Shown: positions 40,101-55,100 of the stretch, one piece after another
Numbering within the stretch: the stretch's first letter is position 1
Layout of the letters: each line of letters starts with the position of its first letter
Assembly (NCBI RefSeq): GCF_033026475.1
Contig: NC_090210.1
Location: 20,059,894-20,123,893, forward strand
Source of the DNA: Channa argus
Lineage: Eukaryota
Reading direction: 5' to 3'
Length of the DNA stretch: 64,000 nucleotides
The notes under the pieces: generated by a model
What the model was told of the DNA's origin: nothing
What the model saw: only the letters and a program-made list of their open reading frames with translations
The model's database searches: none
Translations under genes and position numbers: made by a program

Positions 40101-43100
40101 CACTGTGCCGTCATCAGATGCAGTGAAAACGGTAATTTCTTCTGAGTTGTTTTCTTTGTTTGGATCTTTAAAACAAAACAATAATTAGGATTAAAATGTT
40201 TTAAAATTTAAATAAAATTTGGAGACTAATTATATTGTAAATGACAAAAGACAACCTCCAAATGGGGCTTTTCTACCCACTGCTTGTGTGCACTTGTTTT
40301 CTTTTATTGTACCTGTGTTTGGGTGGAGACAGCAGTGGTGTATCCGCTGTTTGTGGGCAGTAATGTGGCAGATTTCTCTGGCGGTTTCCCAGTTCCACAC
40401 ATGTAGTGCTCCCTCTGCACAGCCAGCCACCACATACTGTCCCTGCACACAGAAACAACAACAGCAAGTTTACTTAAAGGATCGTCTTTGTCTTAAAAAT
40501 TAAGAATTTGAAGGTAGTAACTGTAAATTTTGTATTTCTCCTCATTTACTCTACCAATATACCAATTAGCCGCAAAATGTTTTTGCAGTAAGCAAGAACA
40601 CAATCTACTATATACTGTAATTTCTCTGATATGCCTTAATTTTCTCACCAGAGAACAGACCGAGGTAAGCGGGTTTGTCCAAGAGATTTCCCTGAGACGC
40701 TGGCCTGACTGCAGGTCCCATAAACAAAGGCTGCCATCATTTGAACAGCTAATCTGGAAGGGAAAAGGTGACTGAGGAAGTGAATGTTGAATGTTATTGT
40801 GACTCGCTGGTTTAATACCTTTAACATACCTGTAAGTCAGGTTAGTTGCACACATAAAGATAAGGAAGGAAAAGGTTTGAGAAAAACTTACAACACAGTC
40901 TGGAGTCCAAACACAGCCACTGATCCAGTCTCTGTGACAATTAGGGAGCGATTTAGAAAGAACAGCTTGAGATGAACTCACATCCCACAGCATCAGGGCC
41001 TGAAACAAAGATGCTTATGATCACAACACAATCAGCAGCAAGCCTGAAACAGTGGTATATATATAGTGGACACACTATTGGTAGTGTGACACACACACAC
41101 ATAATTTTTTTTTGTATGTATTTTTTGTATTATGCGTGCGCATAATCTTCCCTATATTGATATTAAAGACTAAAGTTTTTTAATTTTGTTAATGCAGACA
41201 TGTGAAATCCTACATGATCTTTTCCACCAGACAGTAACTGTCCACCATCAGGGCTGAAAGCCAGACAGGTGACTCCTCCACTGTGGCCCCTCAGCCACAC
41301 ATGTGGCTCCACTGAGGTGTCAAGGGCCAGATCGCTCAACAACCACAAAGCAATAGTGAAGTCATCTGAATCAAAGGGAAATACAGAGGTTTAATTAATA
41401 AAACTATTAGAAAGAAGACAAGTATACTGGTTAAAGCTTTAGATAACTGTTAAATATTTTATGATCATGTTTCTGCTTTATTATCAACGTGTACCTGAAC
41501 CTATAGCCAAGTAAGTAGAGTTTTGTGCCAGTGCCAGGATGGTGCCTAGTTGCACACCAAACATTCGCAGCATTTTCAGACCACTCAATTTTCCCTCCTC
41601 TCCTCCTTCTCTCTTCCAAACCCTCAGACATTTGTCACTTCCTCCAGACACCAGCAGATCAGGTTCAATCTGCCCTGCGTTCAAAACGACCCACAGTAGA
41701 CAGAGTATGGACACGTCAAGGTCACTGGACGCCCAAATCTTCTCACCTATGAATAAAAGAAAATAATTCATTTTCTCTTTATTTACTTGGTCTATGTTTT
41801 GGTTATTTAAAAGTACATGATTTTGTACAATTATATTAAGTGGTGGAAAGAGACAGGATAGTTACAAGAAAACATGAATTTGACATTGGATTTAAAATTA
41901 GTTTAAGCATAGCCATTTATTACTAGATAAGGTCTGAAAGAATTTTATCCATTAAAGAAAACCTCTTATTGAGAATCTAAATTGGAATATTTTAAAGGGG
42001 AAAAGAAATTAAGGGACAATACTAACTTTGATAAGGTTAATAAAAAAAGGGGGGTGCTCATTCTTCCCAGCCTGTTCTGAATTCATCTATCAAAGGGGTT
42101 GGACTAAGGGGTCATGGGATCTGGGGTTAACCATGCCAAGATATTTAATGTGTGAACAAAGCATTTTAAACAGAAATATTGGCTGTGGAATTGTTTTGGG
42201 CAGCTGGATTAACTGGATGTAACTCACTCAGACTGCTCACACTTTGACAAAACACAGGGCGTTGTCTGATTCTTACAATAAAAAGGTTTTCCTGAGTTTG
42301 ACAAACTACAGTGATTGCTTCTTCAGGTAAGTTTCTTCATAAAGCTTCTTAATAGAGTACACTTCATAAAATGTTTCACAGCAAGACAAAAACCAAACAC
42401 AGGATAATGTACACCATGACTGCTTTATCCAGTCTGTAAAGTCATGGTCCTAGTCATAGTTTTATGATGCTCAATAATTATGTCACTGTAGCTGAAGATC
42501 CTGTACACAGTGACATTTAGAAACTGAATTTGAAGCATTTCTTCTCTGGTGTCTTGCAGCGATAAATATTTAATAAAAGTGATATTTCCATGAACATATA
42601 CACACCTGTATCAAGACCGAAGAGTTTGATGCCCCTGCTATGATACCCCACAGCAGCATAGCCTCCACTCACAGCCACACAAAGTGCAGCAGGCTCAGAG
42701 TTTACAGACTTCGGTTTCTTCTGCAGACGCTCCTGTTCACGCTTACAAAATAATAATAATGATGATGATAATAATACAATAAAAATAAAGAACGTTGTAG
42801 CTGTACATTCAGTTAAGGAGAAATGGAGCGTCCAGTTTCTAGTACATTCACCAGATGTTTTCTACTGAAACATTTATACGCAGTCTACAACATGAAGCAC
42901 CACTAAAATGGATTAGGATGATCTCATTGACATGAGCATAGAAAGGAAAGAAACATATAAAAGATCAATAAGGCGCTTACTTCATCACTTTTTAATGCAG
43001 TAACTGACCGCCGAAGTCCTCCTGACCAGAGCTGGAGCTGTTTCACAGGAAACAAGAACACAGTAATTACTGCCTTGTGGTTGTATGCCGTCATAAACCA

Positions 43101-46100
43101 CTAAAGTGGCAGTTTACATGTTCAAATCAGTTTATCCATGAGTGGAAGGGGACATGTGTGCCAGATGTAGTGAAATTTCCTGCAGGTAATTTCTGAGATA
43201 TACCATCGACAAGAATAGGTGGACATGGGTTCACAATGACTGATTCATTCTTGTATCCTGATGAATGCTGGTCTCAAATTTAAAAAAAACCCATTAAAGG
43301 CATTCCTGTCCTGATTGGGAACAGTGTGAGATCACATTGACCATGACCTTTGACCTCTGACCACCAAAGCTTAGCAGTTTATTCTGTGAGTGGATGCTTT
43401 TAAACTTACTTACTTGGATAGTGTGTTAGCAAGAATGGGAGAGGTGGAAGGAACAGATCTAAACAGTTCATCCTTGAGTCCAAGTGAGGTTTTGTGCCAA
43501 ATGTAAATATGCAGAAGCTCCTTAAAGGCACTTCTGAGATATCATGTTCACGAGAATAGGACGGAGCGATGGACAACTCAAAAAACATAATGCCTCCAAC
43601 TACAACTGATACCAGCACAAAAAGACAAGTCATTTCTTTAGAAGAAAGCTTCACTAAGCTTGATTTAAGTGTAATACTCAACAATGGACTGTCTCATAAT
43701 TTGTTTCTAGCTGGTTTATAAGTCAGTGAAGGGGTGAAATAATAATTTTATGATCCAGCCACGCTAACCTGAGTGAGTGAGTGACTGAGTGAGTGAGTGA
43801 GTAACCAGTGTGCAAGCACTACCATATGATCAGCACCAGCACTGAGCAGCGTAGCTCCATCATCCAGGAAGGTGAGGGCTTCTGTAGCTCCACAGTGAGC
43901 CTGGAAACATGCCACACAGCTGGAGGTGGGCAATGACCACATCCTGACCTCTCCAGACACAGAGCCAGAGCAGAGCATGGAGGAGGAGGAAGAGAAGCAG
44001 AGACTGCGCACTGAGCGCTGGTGACCACGTAGAGACTGGAGAAACCAGTTAAAGCAGTTTAATTATATTGACGTTTTCATACATATTGGCAATAATTACA
44101 AAGTGATCAACATTATAAAATTGTTCCAAACACAAAGGCCAAGTAGGTAAATTCTAAAAAAAGTGAAAACCATATTACTTAAACACACACATACAAAAGA
44201 TTTGAAGTTATAAAATAATCCATATCCCTGTGCAAGTAAACACTTAGTCTTATTGTAACTCACGGTTAGAGTTTTATTCTGGAGCCAGTTCCACATGATC
44301 ACATTTCCATTCCAGCAGCCAGCACCCAGCAGGTGACCTTCAGGATTAAAGGTCACACAGTTTAATGGGCTGGGGCCAGGCAAGACTGCCACCTCCTGAC
44401 CATTATCAGTGGACCAAACCTTCAGAGCAAAAAATAAATAAATAAAAACATCCATCAGTACAAATAATGTCACTCAGACTGAACAGCCACAATATTACCA
44501 CCTCCTGGTGGTTTAAAATAAAATGATATGGTTTCTATAAAAATGTTTGAACTAATAAATGCTGATACTGTATATCATTATGGGCTGGCCATGTGAGAGT
44601 ACATAAAATCAATAAAATGAGCTCCACCTAAACCAACAGTGATCTGTTATATTTTATTATTTATTCATTATCAATAATTAATAGGTACTGTACATGTTTT
44701 GCCATAATTACTTTGTTTACTTTTGTTTTAAGTACAATGTTTTTTTAGTGGAGTACTTTTACTTTTGTGCTGTGAATAAAATGTAGCTAATCTGCTTAGT
44801 AAATTTATTTGTGTAAAAGCTTTGAGGTGGTAGTATAGTAGAGTATTTTACTTGAGTATTGAGTTTGTGTACTTCTGTACAAAATGTGTATCACATTTTA
44901 CTGTGTATGGGCCTGCGTAGAAAGTTGCTCCTATGTTAGACCAGCAGCTCGTGGAGAGGATGTGAGCTGTTCTCCATGATGTTTACCAGTCTGTGCAGCA
45001 TCCTCCCCTCCACTACCAACACCAGAGTTTCCACAGTGGTCCCAGGACAGAGCCAGCTTTCCTAATCCGCTTGTTCAGTTTATTAGTGTCACTGGCTCTG
45101 ATGTTGCTGGCCCAGCAGATAGCGCCAAAAAAGATTGCATTGGCCACAACAGATTGGTAAAACATCTTCAACATCTGGTTGAACACATTAATGGACCTGA
45201 GCTTGTTCAGAACCTAAAGTCTGCATTGAGCCTTTCTGTAGACAGCCGCTATGTTGCATGTCCAGTCCAGTCTGTTGTTATGGTGAACTCCAAGATATTT
45301 GAACCCCTCCACCATCTCCACCTTTCACCCAGAATGGAAATGCTGTCGACACTGCTCCTAGTCCTGCTGAAGTCCATGGCCATCTCTTTAGTCTTAGCCA
45401 CATTAATCACTCAAGACAGATGGATAAGATTTCTTTGGCACAGGAATCAGGCAAGATGTCTTCTACAGAGGTGCTGTAGAATCTCACCAAGCTGCTCAGA
45501 ACAGACTTTCAGGATTCTGGGGCTGATACCGTCAGGACCTGCAGCCTTGTTCCGATTCAGCTTCGGCGACCGCTGCTTCACCTGGCTGCTGGAAACTGTG
45601 GCGACTGTGTGTCCAGAGGCAAGGGGGGGAGATCAGCCAGGGGTCCCGAACTGAACCTGTTGAAGCATTGTTTAGACTCATTGGTGACCTTCATGCTGTT
45701 TTGCTGCGGCTGGTTCTCCAGTTTCCTCCTGTAGGAGTCTTTGTTCTCCCTTAGTCTCACTTTAAGCTCCTTCTGAAAAGACTTCAGCACGTCCCTTTCC
45801 CCGTCCCTGAAAGCGCTCTTCTTTCTGTTGAGCAGCCCCTTTACGTCTCTGATCTATGGTTTATTGTTGGGAAGTACCTCACTGTCCTGTTTGGGATGGT
45901 GTTCTGTGTCTGTGACCCAGTCTCCCCTGCAGAGTCTCAGTAGCCTCCAGAGACCACGTCCTGCTGCTGAACAATAGGTTGTGATCTATAGAGGTGTATG
46001 CTTCTTTCATGCTTGCATAAAGTAGATTCGATGTTTACCGAGCCTTCTCTATACATAAATTAGATACTTTGGACCTTAGAGGTCTAAATGATGACTTTTC

Positions 46101-49100
46101 TTTAGCGTAATTTCTTTGAATTAATTTTCGTTTTTTAGGGTTAAGGACAATAATAATTGACCCAGATTATCGAGATCAACATGCTATTTTTTTTTTGTTT
46201 TTTTCTATTTAGATTTATTACCCGTTATATACTATGTCTTTCTGACAGGGTTCACCATTTACTAGGTTTACTTGCCATTATGCAAGTACTCCTCTCGCTT
46301 GTTTCAAAAGTTTAGTGTAATTACTTTGATACTAACTTTCAGCATAAAGTCAAGGGAAACTGTTGCAAAGTGCTTCTGGTCTGCGGTGACATCGCTTGAG
46401 GTTATCACATTAGTATGGCCGTCAATAAGAGCAGTCCTGCAATGATATGAAGCACAAGTCCGCTACTTCAAATGACCTGTGCCATAACTCAAGAAAACCT
46501 ACAGGATTATGGAATTGTTACAATACAAACTGAAAGTTTGCAGATTCTCCTGCAAACACTTTTACCTGCAGCCATTCTTAGTGTCCCAGATCTCTATTCG
46601 TCCATCAAAAGAGGTGGTAGCAAGACATGCATCCTTAAGAAAGACACAGCTTGAGATTCCATCACAACTGCTCACCAGTGACTTCACTTCCTATTCAAAA
46701 GAACACATTTTTTTATTAGATATCATTTCTGCAAATGTGATAACACATGATATACTGGCAATTAGATCCCTTACAAGTACTACAATCATCGTGAAATCAG
46801 GAGTAGGGCATAAGCTACAGTAGATTTACCCCCCCAAAAACAGATTTCTTGGTAATGAAAAAATTTAACCGTGCCTTATTTTGGTTTACATATGTGCATG
46901 TGCATAAAAAAAGAGTTTGTTATTGGTTCTTCACTTGTAGCAGGATAAATGTCAAGACTGAAATAGTGTAGAAAAATTGATTTCCTCATGTACATGTTAA
47001 TGTACTGAATGTGAACCGAAAACGAATAATGTGTAAACAAGTCATTTGGTCAATAAAATCCATAAATACGAACCACCCAGATAATCTATAGGGATACAAA
47101 ATGTACTAGAAGAGGAACAAAGTACATCAATATTAGAAAATAATCTAAGTTATAGATTATGCCAGAAGTAAACGCCAACTACTAGAGTTAAAGTGGGTTC
47201 ATACCTGTCCCATCTGTGTGTTGAAGAAATGCAGCGTTCCCTGCACTGTACCAACCACTGTCAGCTCTCCATCAGAGCTCACGGCCAAACAGGATGGTTT
47301 AGAGGAGAACGTCGACACAAGGTTACTGCAATAAAGCACACAACAAAATAAATAAATACACAAATCAACATTAATACCAGCTGGTGGTTTTAATAAAAAA
47401 AATGTTTTTATACTAATATTATGAACTACTAAATATTCATGTATTATTATGAGTCAACCAACTGTCACACATAAAGTGATTAAAATATGCTTCACCTTCA
47501 CCAACAATGATTTTTGACTCTTTTTATTATTTACTGTACATGTTTTACCATAATTACTATGATTAGTATTTTTTTAATACAGTGTTTTCTTAGTGTAGAA
47601 CATTTACAGTACATTTGTTAGTAAAATGCAGATAAGCTACTTTAAGTGGTACTTTTAGTGGAAATTTCTTTTACAGCAATACTATATAAAATACTTTTAC
47701 TTGAGTATTGAGTTAATGTTCGTCTACCACCTCTGCACACAGTAGATCACATTTTGCTTTGTGTAGGGTTGTACAGCTGTAAACTGCTCAGGGTGGACAT
47801 GCTGACCCTCATCCTCCATTACATTGCTATGATCACCAGTATTAATGTTGTGGCTGATCTGTGTACACTTCTATATATTAATACTTCCAACAATCTAAAA
47901 CAAAAACTATTTGATACCATTTGGGGATGTAGTTTTTAATACTTTGGCAGCACCACCTTGAAGATAACCCACTCACCTGGTCTCTTTAGTAATTTGTCTG
48001 CCATTGCTGTTTAGCCACTCAATTACCCGAACCCTTCCATTTCCCACCAGACCTTGTGCCCACGTGTGAGCAGAGGTTTCTGGAAGCTCATTGAAGGCCT
48101 GCTGAATGAAAAGAGCCGGCCACAAGGAGAGCAGAGGGGCATGATGTTGCAGGAAACTATGACAATCCCGCAGTCTGTCCTGGAAGTCAACTGTAAGGTT
48201 CAAGAGAACATGAGAGAAAAAAAAACCCCACTGTTTTTAAATCAGTTTTTTAAAATTCTAATGGTATTTATGAGAAATTTCAGTCTGGTTTTAGATCAAC
48301 TGCAAACACTGAATCTGCTTTGGTGAGGATACTCAATGACATTTTGCTGGCATTGGATGCAAAAAATTCTGTTGTCCTCCTTCTACTAGCTCTTACAGCT
48401 GCATTTGACACTGTGGACAATGAGATCCTTATGCCTCATCTGGATAAGCTGGTGGAGATCTGTGGCACAGCACTTAATAGGGTCAAAGCTCACCTGTCAG
48501 GTCAAAGCTTTTTCATAAAATGGGGTGAGGCGTCATATGCTGCTGCTAGTTTGTCTTATGGGGTTCCCCATGGCTCTATTTTGGGTCCTATCCTGTTTTC
48601 TTTGTATATGCCACCATTGGGGTCTGACAACATTCAGTTACTGTATATCTACCACTGAATGGCTCATCACTAAACTCTGGCAGCAATTTTTTGTTTTTGA
48701 ATAAGGGCAAATCTGAAGTAACTTTGTTTGGATCTAGTGACAAATGGAAACCCTGTAATATTGATCTTCCATCTTCCAATGTGGCACCTTCCTATTTGGC
48801 TGATATGCTTACTTTCCATGTGGCAAATTGCAGTACTTTCTAACTTTGCCCAGATCTAGGTCAAAGCGTTAGGGTGACAGAACCTTTGCTGTTACTGCCC
48901 TGAAGCTGTTTGGCTCACAATCTTCGTGTTATATCTGAGCTCCATACTTTTAAATCCAAACTTAAGACTCACTTGTTCAAGCAGACATTTGATACTTAAG
49001 TGATCTCAGACTGTTGTTCTTTTTGTAGAATTTTATTGTTTTGTTTTTAATATTTTAATGATTTATGTTTTTGTGCTTAGGCCAATCCCTGATTGTTATC

Positions 49101-52100
49101 AAGCACTATAAAAATAAAGGTTACATTACATAATTGAGAGTAATATATTATTCACAATTATATATAGGAACATATTTGTGCGTAATATATTTTAAAACAC
49201 TTACTTATGGATGAAGTTTGATGATTGGCATCTGCAGGAAAGGGTAACATTTACAGAATACAAATTAATGTTGAAAAATATAATATAACAATTGAATTGC
49301 AAATTTTTGGATGAAAAGTTGTAAATTAACATGTGATTTTAACAAATGTTTCCCTTTTCTGTAATATTCACTGCAAATAACCAATAAATGTTAAGAATGG
49401 CCAGCATTGCCCCGAATATCACATAAACTACTCTTTCATGTTGGCCATGCGTTTCACATAGACAAACTTATTCAACCATTTTGTTCTTAATGCTGTCTTG
49501 TTTTACAGTTTTTTACTACCACCTCTCTATTTCTACCCCATCCTGATTAATGGCGTTTAATTTAAACGCCGTTAAATTGATTAAGTGTTTTGATCCAAAT
49601 TCATTTGAAGTGATGCTCTCTCATACGTCCGCCACAGATCCAAATAGTGTTTCCAGGTTGCATTAGCAAACGTGTTTTAGTCATTATTGCCCCGATTCAT
49701 CATGCTGCCTTAAAAGTATTGTTTAAAAATTTTTTGAAAATTCATCTCAACATACACCTTTAAATTGTACATACTGTTCAGAAAATAAAAGCAAAGCAAA
49801 AAGAGAGGTGAAACTGCAACACATCAACACCACAACTATATTTTCACGTCCACTAATTTCACTTACTTTTCTTAGCCAATGAAATGCAGCCAGTTGTTTG
49901 TCCAGACAATTTTATTCCCTTGCATACTCTAAATTTCACGTGCACTTGTGAGTAAAATGCTCAAATTGTAGGCTGCAGATGTGCCTGCAGACACTTTTTA
50001 TTAACTGGCCATGAGTGCAGAGATCACCAGAAGTGAAACGATTAAAAGTATCAAAGATCAGCCCAATAATACTCACCACACAAGCTGTAGGTCTCCAGGA
50101 GGTGGTGCAGTAGGCCATGGCGCACGTTAGCATACAGAAAATAGTAACTGGAGAGTAGTGAATGAAGTGCCTCCAATTGGCCACTTTGAATCTGACAAAA
50201 AGATTATTTAGAAGCAGATTTTTACAGCACTCTTTTAACACTAACGCTCATCTACAGTACAGTAAGTTTATTTAGATAAAATAGTAAAAACTAAGAAAAA
50301 CATTGTATTTAAACAGTCACAGATCACTATTGGTAAAGGTGGAGCTAATTTTAACCATTTCATGGTCTGACAGGTGGCTAACCCATAATGAGACATCTAT
50401 ATTTATTAGATCGTGATATTTTTATATTGAAACCACCTGGTGGTATTAATGTTGTTGCTGATGGGGTAAGTGAAATGTATAATTTAACTTCTTAACTGGT
50501 TTTAAAGCACTACTGTGATGAGTGACTGACTCACCAGGCTGGATGGCAGGTGCATAACAGAGTTGGCCTCACAGTGAAGGAAGGTATCTGTTCCTTGGGG
50601 GTCAGCCAGCACCCACAGATAAGCTGAGGTAGGACAAATTGGATATAGAACAACAGACTACTCAAGGGCGGAATGAGATCTTTGTGAAAAAGAAATTGAT
50701 ATTTGTTTTACAACTTGCCCTCACTGCCTTAAAACATGGATTGATTAATAGTTTATAAAACTATTTAGACAAGACATCGGGCAAAGTATCAATTGTATTC
50801 CCACAAGTTCTCAGCTACAATCAGCTATGAGTTACCTTAATAGATTAGAATGAGTAAAAAAATGATAAACAAATTATCTGTGAGGCATTGTAGTCTTTTT
50901 GTCTGCATCTGTGTTTTCATCACTTCTTCACAATGCCCTGTATTATACAGTCTAATTTTTCTAATACTAATTAAGAAAGAACATTTTTAAAAAATGGAGG
51001 GGGCCAAATGGACTGTGTAGGAGACAATTAATCTGTACTTTACCTGCCAGTATGAGGTGAGCTCTCGTTCTGTCACTTTCTGCTGGGAGGAGAAAGTCCT
51101 CAAATGCTTGTTTTACCTCTGGATTGGTTAGAGCCAGCAGGTTATCACTGCTGTGGCAATGAGATGAACCAACCAGACTGCAAGGAAAGAATTTACGCTT
51201 GTTTATTGTCCACATGGATCCCTTTATGTAACTTACCACTCAAATACAACCAGCTTCTGTGGTTTGTTGAATGTGATGAGAAACACAAACCACAAAGAAA
51301 AAAAAAATGGAAATGGAAAAGGCAATAATTTTATTGAAACATTGAAAGCGATAAAATAAAATAAAAAGGAAATATCACTACTGTATATGATATAAAGACT
51401 GGCTGTAGCTGCACACTGTTACTTTGACAAGATTAAATTACATTTCAAGATTACTTTAATTTAACTGTAGGATTCTTCCCAACATCCCTGTTGAATTTAT
51501 ATCCATGGGATTCATACATACCTTTGTAAGCTCTGAACTATATGGATGAATGTTGCCATGGGAATACGTCCTTCAGGATTCCTGGACAAGTGCAGCACTT
51601 CCTGCCATGAGATTTGTCCCTCCCGTGAGGACAGGTCATTGCATGTGTTCAGTACAGAGTACAAGTGTCTTTCCCTCAGGCCTGGAAATCGAGAGGGTAA
51701 AATGTTCAGGCAACTACAGTCAAGTCAGCACTTTGATCATGTCAAGCTTATCATCGATGAAAAGACAGCAAAGAAGAGTTTAAAACATTGTGGAGTACCA
51801 AACAGTTTGATAAAGTAAAGTGTCTGCATGAGTGAGTAATTTTTAGACAAATAAAACTTGCAACTATTTTTGGTTGTCTAATATAGAAAGTCTTCATTCC
51901 AGTCCATCACAATATTGGGCAACAGTCAGTAAAACCTAGAAACTGGGCTTAGTATCCCTCTAGGTACTCTACACCTAGTCTGCTACAACATAACATGGTG
52001 CCTCATATTTGATTAATCTTACCAGTGGTGCTGACAGTGAGCACTGCCAGGGCCCAGCGGAGTCCCGGCATGTCCCTGTACTGTGAGCAGAGTCGGTCCA

Positions 52101-55100
52101 GGCTGTGCTGCACCAACTGGCTCAGAGACTGAGGCAAACTCTGAAGGGTCTCCTTCAACTGAGACACGAAGACACAGGCAGGATATGAGAAAGGCAATGC
52201 TCACAAACCAGGAGAAAGAAACGTTATTATAAAATTATTGCATACAACATCCTGAATATTAACCAAACTGTCAAAAAAGTACATTATTTTTAACACTGTT
52301 TATTTCTTCCTTACTGGAGTTATTTTATTGTAGGAAAATTGTATTTACGTATAACCACAACCAGCAGTAGAAATACAACCATTAATATCTAAGTGAAAGT
52401 GGGTAAAAAAAGAAAAGTCACTACTGACCTTATCAAGTGAATCCAAATTTCTCAGATCTTCACAGGCGATGTGAAGGTAGAGAGGACTCACTGCTCCATT
52501 CTTCATTATCAGGGTCTGGAGCTGGACAAACACAGCATTGTTTCAGGAATAAAATATAAAGTGTGAGAACATGAGTGATTGCATTATTCCCACAACTAGA
52601 TTTGGACCAACCGATCGATCAACTAGCAGAAGCGCAGAAAAGAAATGAGAACCCTGATTTACACACTGCAAAACATATAAGAAGAACCTGGTCGTTGAAT
52701 GCAGAGTCCCTTGGTTTCTTGCCAAAGATGTTCAGTCCGTTTTGAACTATCTCCTTCCGGTCCAGCACAGTGAGCTGTCCCATGGTAAATATGACAGTGC
52801 CTTTCTTCTTGGCCAAGGTTTGTAATAGAGCTGCTTTAGACGTGACGCTGACTACCAAACACACACCCTGAAGAAAAAAAGAAAAAGAAGCATTAATGTT
52901 TTACGGCAAGAAAGAAGTGGACAAAGGTAACTTTAAACAAAGCAATTAATGTGTATACATGTCGATGGGCTGTTTGAGTTTTAAAAAAGCCACGATTATT
53001 ATGGGGGCAAGGGTATAAAAACAATTTTTTAAAGCTTTTACTTTCCCAGGAGCAAACTGGCCTCACTAATTGTCACATCCATCAGGACCGCATTCTGGAG
53101 TTTTAGAAATAGAGCCAATTTTCTGTTCTGCATCCAAACCATATTATGTTAGTCAACTCTGAAATATCAGAGCTTTTGTCTGAGACCAGCCATGTAAAAC
53201 ACCTTCCAGCAGGAATATTAAAAAAATTCTTAATGTCAGGTAGACTGTGACAGAAGTCAGTCCTGTCCATGTGAATCTAATAGAAATCAATGTTTTGGCA
53301 GTTTGAGGAAGTACATTGTGCTTTTTCCTAAGTTTTCTATCCACGTGACCAACCTGTGGAAGCTGCTTTGGGAGCCAGTCAGAGGTGAGTTGACCATGAC
53401 GATCTTGAACAAGATCCACTCCATCAATTAGCAACACACGAGGTTTGTTCTTCTTCGTGTCATTTAACATGGAATGAAATTCTGAAAGCAAATGCCTGAG
53501 AAAATAAAAATGCGTTGTTAGTTCAAGGACAATAGTACCTACCAGCAAATCTTAACTATCTGAAAGCCAATTAAAAATCTAGTCACTGGTAGAAGTGGGG
53601 AGGAGATGATTCCTTCTCAGTATCTTTTATCTTCCTGAACCACTGAACAAGGTAGCGAAGGAGGTTTTCTACAGAACGAGCTGATTGGCTGGCAACCGTA
53701 GAGTATGAGATGACATCACAGACAAGGCTTTTCCTCGAGTTGTCTCCCGACCTGAGAGCATCTGCTAAAGCAGCCTGTGTGAAGAGAGATAAATGTGGCT
53801 ATAATAGCATTTTTACTTATCCAAAGGTTTTTTTATCATGTCACATGTATTTTGAAGTCAAAACACCAGTGGTTGCACAAGTAGACCATCTACATACATA
53901 ATGAAGAGTTCAGGAGGTTTTACACCCCTGGTAAAAACACAAAAAAACAAATCTGCAACTATTTTTTACAATTTACGAAGGATTCAATCATTTGAAAAAA
54001 ATGACTCAGTGTGTGGATTTGCCAATGTTTATTGTCAATACTAATTTAATAAATTTGGCATTTTAAAAAGTAATCTTAGATGTTCCTTATAATAACAAGC
54101 AATGTTCCTTTTTATTTGTTGGTATTTTATAAACTACACAATCAAAGCTATATATCCAGAAACTAATTGGCTCATCATTAGATAATGAAAACAATCCTTA
54201 GATCCAGCCTGATATGCAACAGTGCAAAACTTATCGTTGCATGTCAAATCACAATCCACCAGTTTCAAAAGAAATAATTACAATATTCTCTACATGTAGA
54301 AAGGCCGATGGATTTTACTAGTATAAATTACCATGAAGACAGTTTTGCCCTCTCCAGGTTCTCCCTCCACCACCATCATCCCTCGTTTGGCCTGGAGCTG
54401 CTCCACTATCTCTATGGCTCCAGACAGGAGATTGGCCCGGCCACAGAACTGTTTCTGCAGCGCCCTCTGGTGAACCTCCTGTTCAGTGAGATCTAATGAA
54501 GCCTCAGCATCATCATCCTGGAGAATAAAGTCCAGTATTATTATTCTAAACAAGCGTGAACTGACAGAGGATACTCTAGGAATAATTTTCAGTGGTTTAT
54601 TTGAACAGACTTTAAAAGTCACTACCCTGAGTCAGGTTAATGAAGAGATTAGAAAGGAAATGAAGTGGATCCTATAAGAAACTAACTTCCACAAACAGCT
54701 TCACAACAGCCGCCCAAAGATCTTCCAACACAGCCTTGCCAAAGTCCTCCAGGTTTTTCAGATATAGTTTCCCATCGACAACACCTCCCCACTTACATGG
54801 GTAACTAGGTCAAAAACAAAACAAGCACACAGATTCAAGTAAGGCAATTTAAGTCATATTTTACTTTTAAATTCTCATTTTTAACAAGGCAAAGAAATAG
54901 TTTTTATTTTTGCAACCTAAAATTAGTGAATTTCCTTATCCCAAAGGTGCTGTTCAATTGCACCTGATGTTCCAGTTTTTGGGATTTCCAACTTTTCTTT
55001 TAACACATCAATCGTGAAATGGATAAACCACTAAACAGCAGCATAGGATAACCATGACCCGGACGACTGAAAATCTAAACAAACACACAGTGGATGATTT

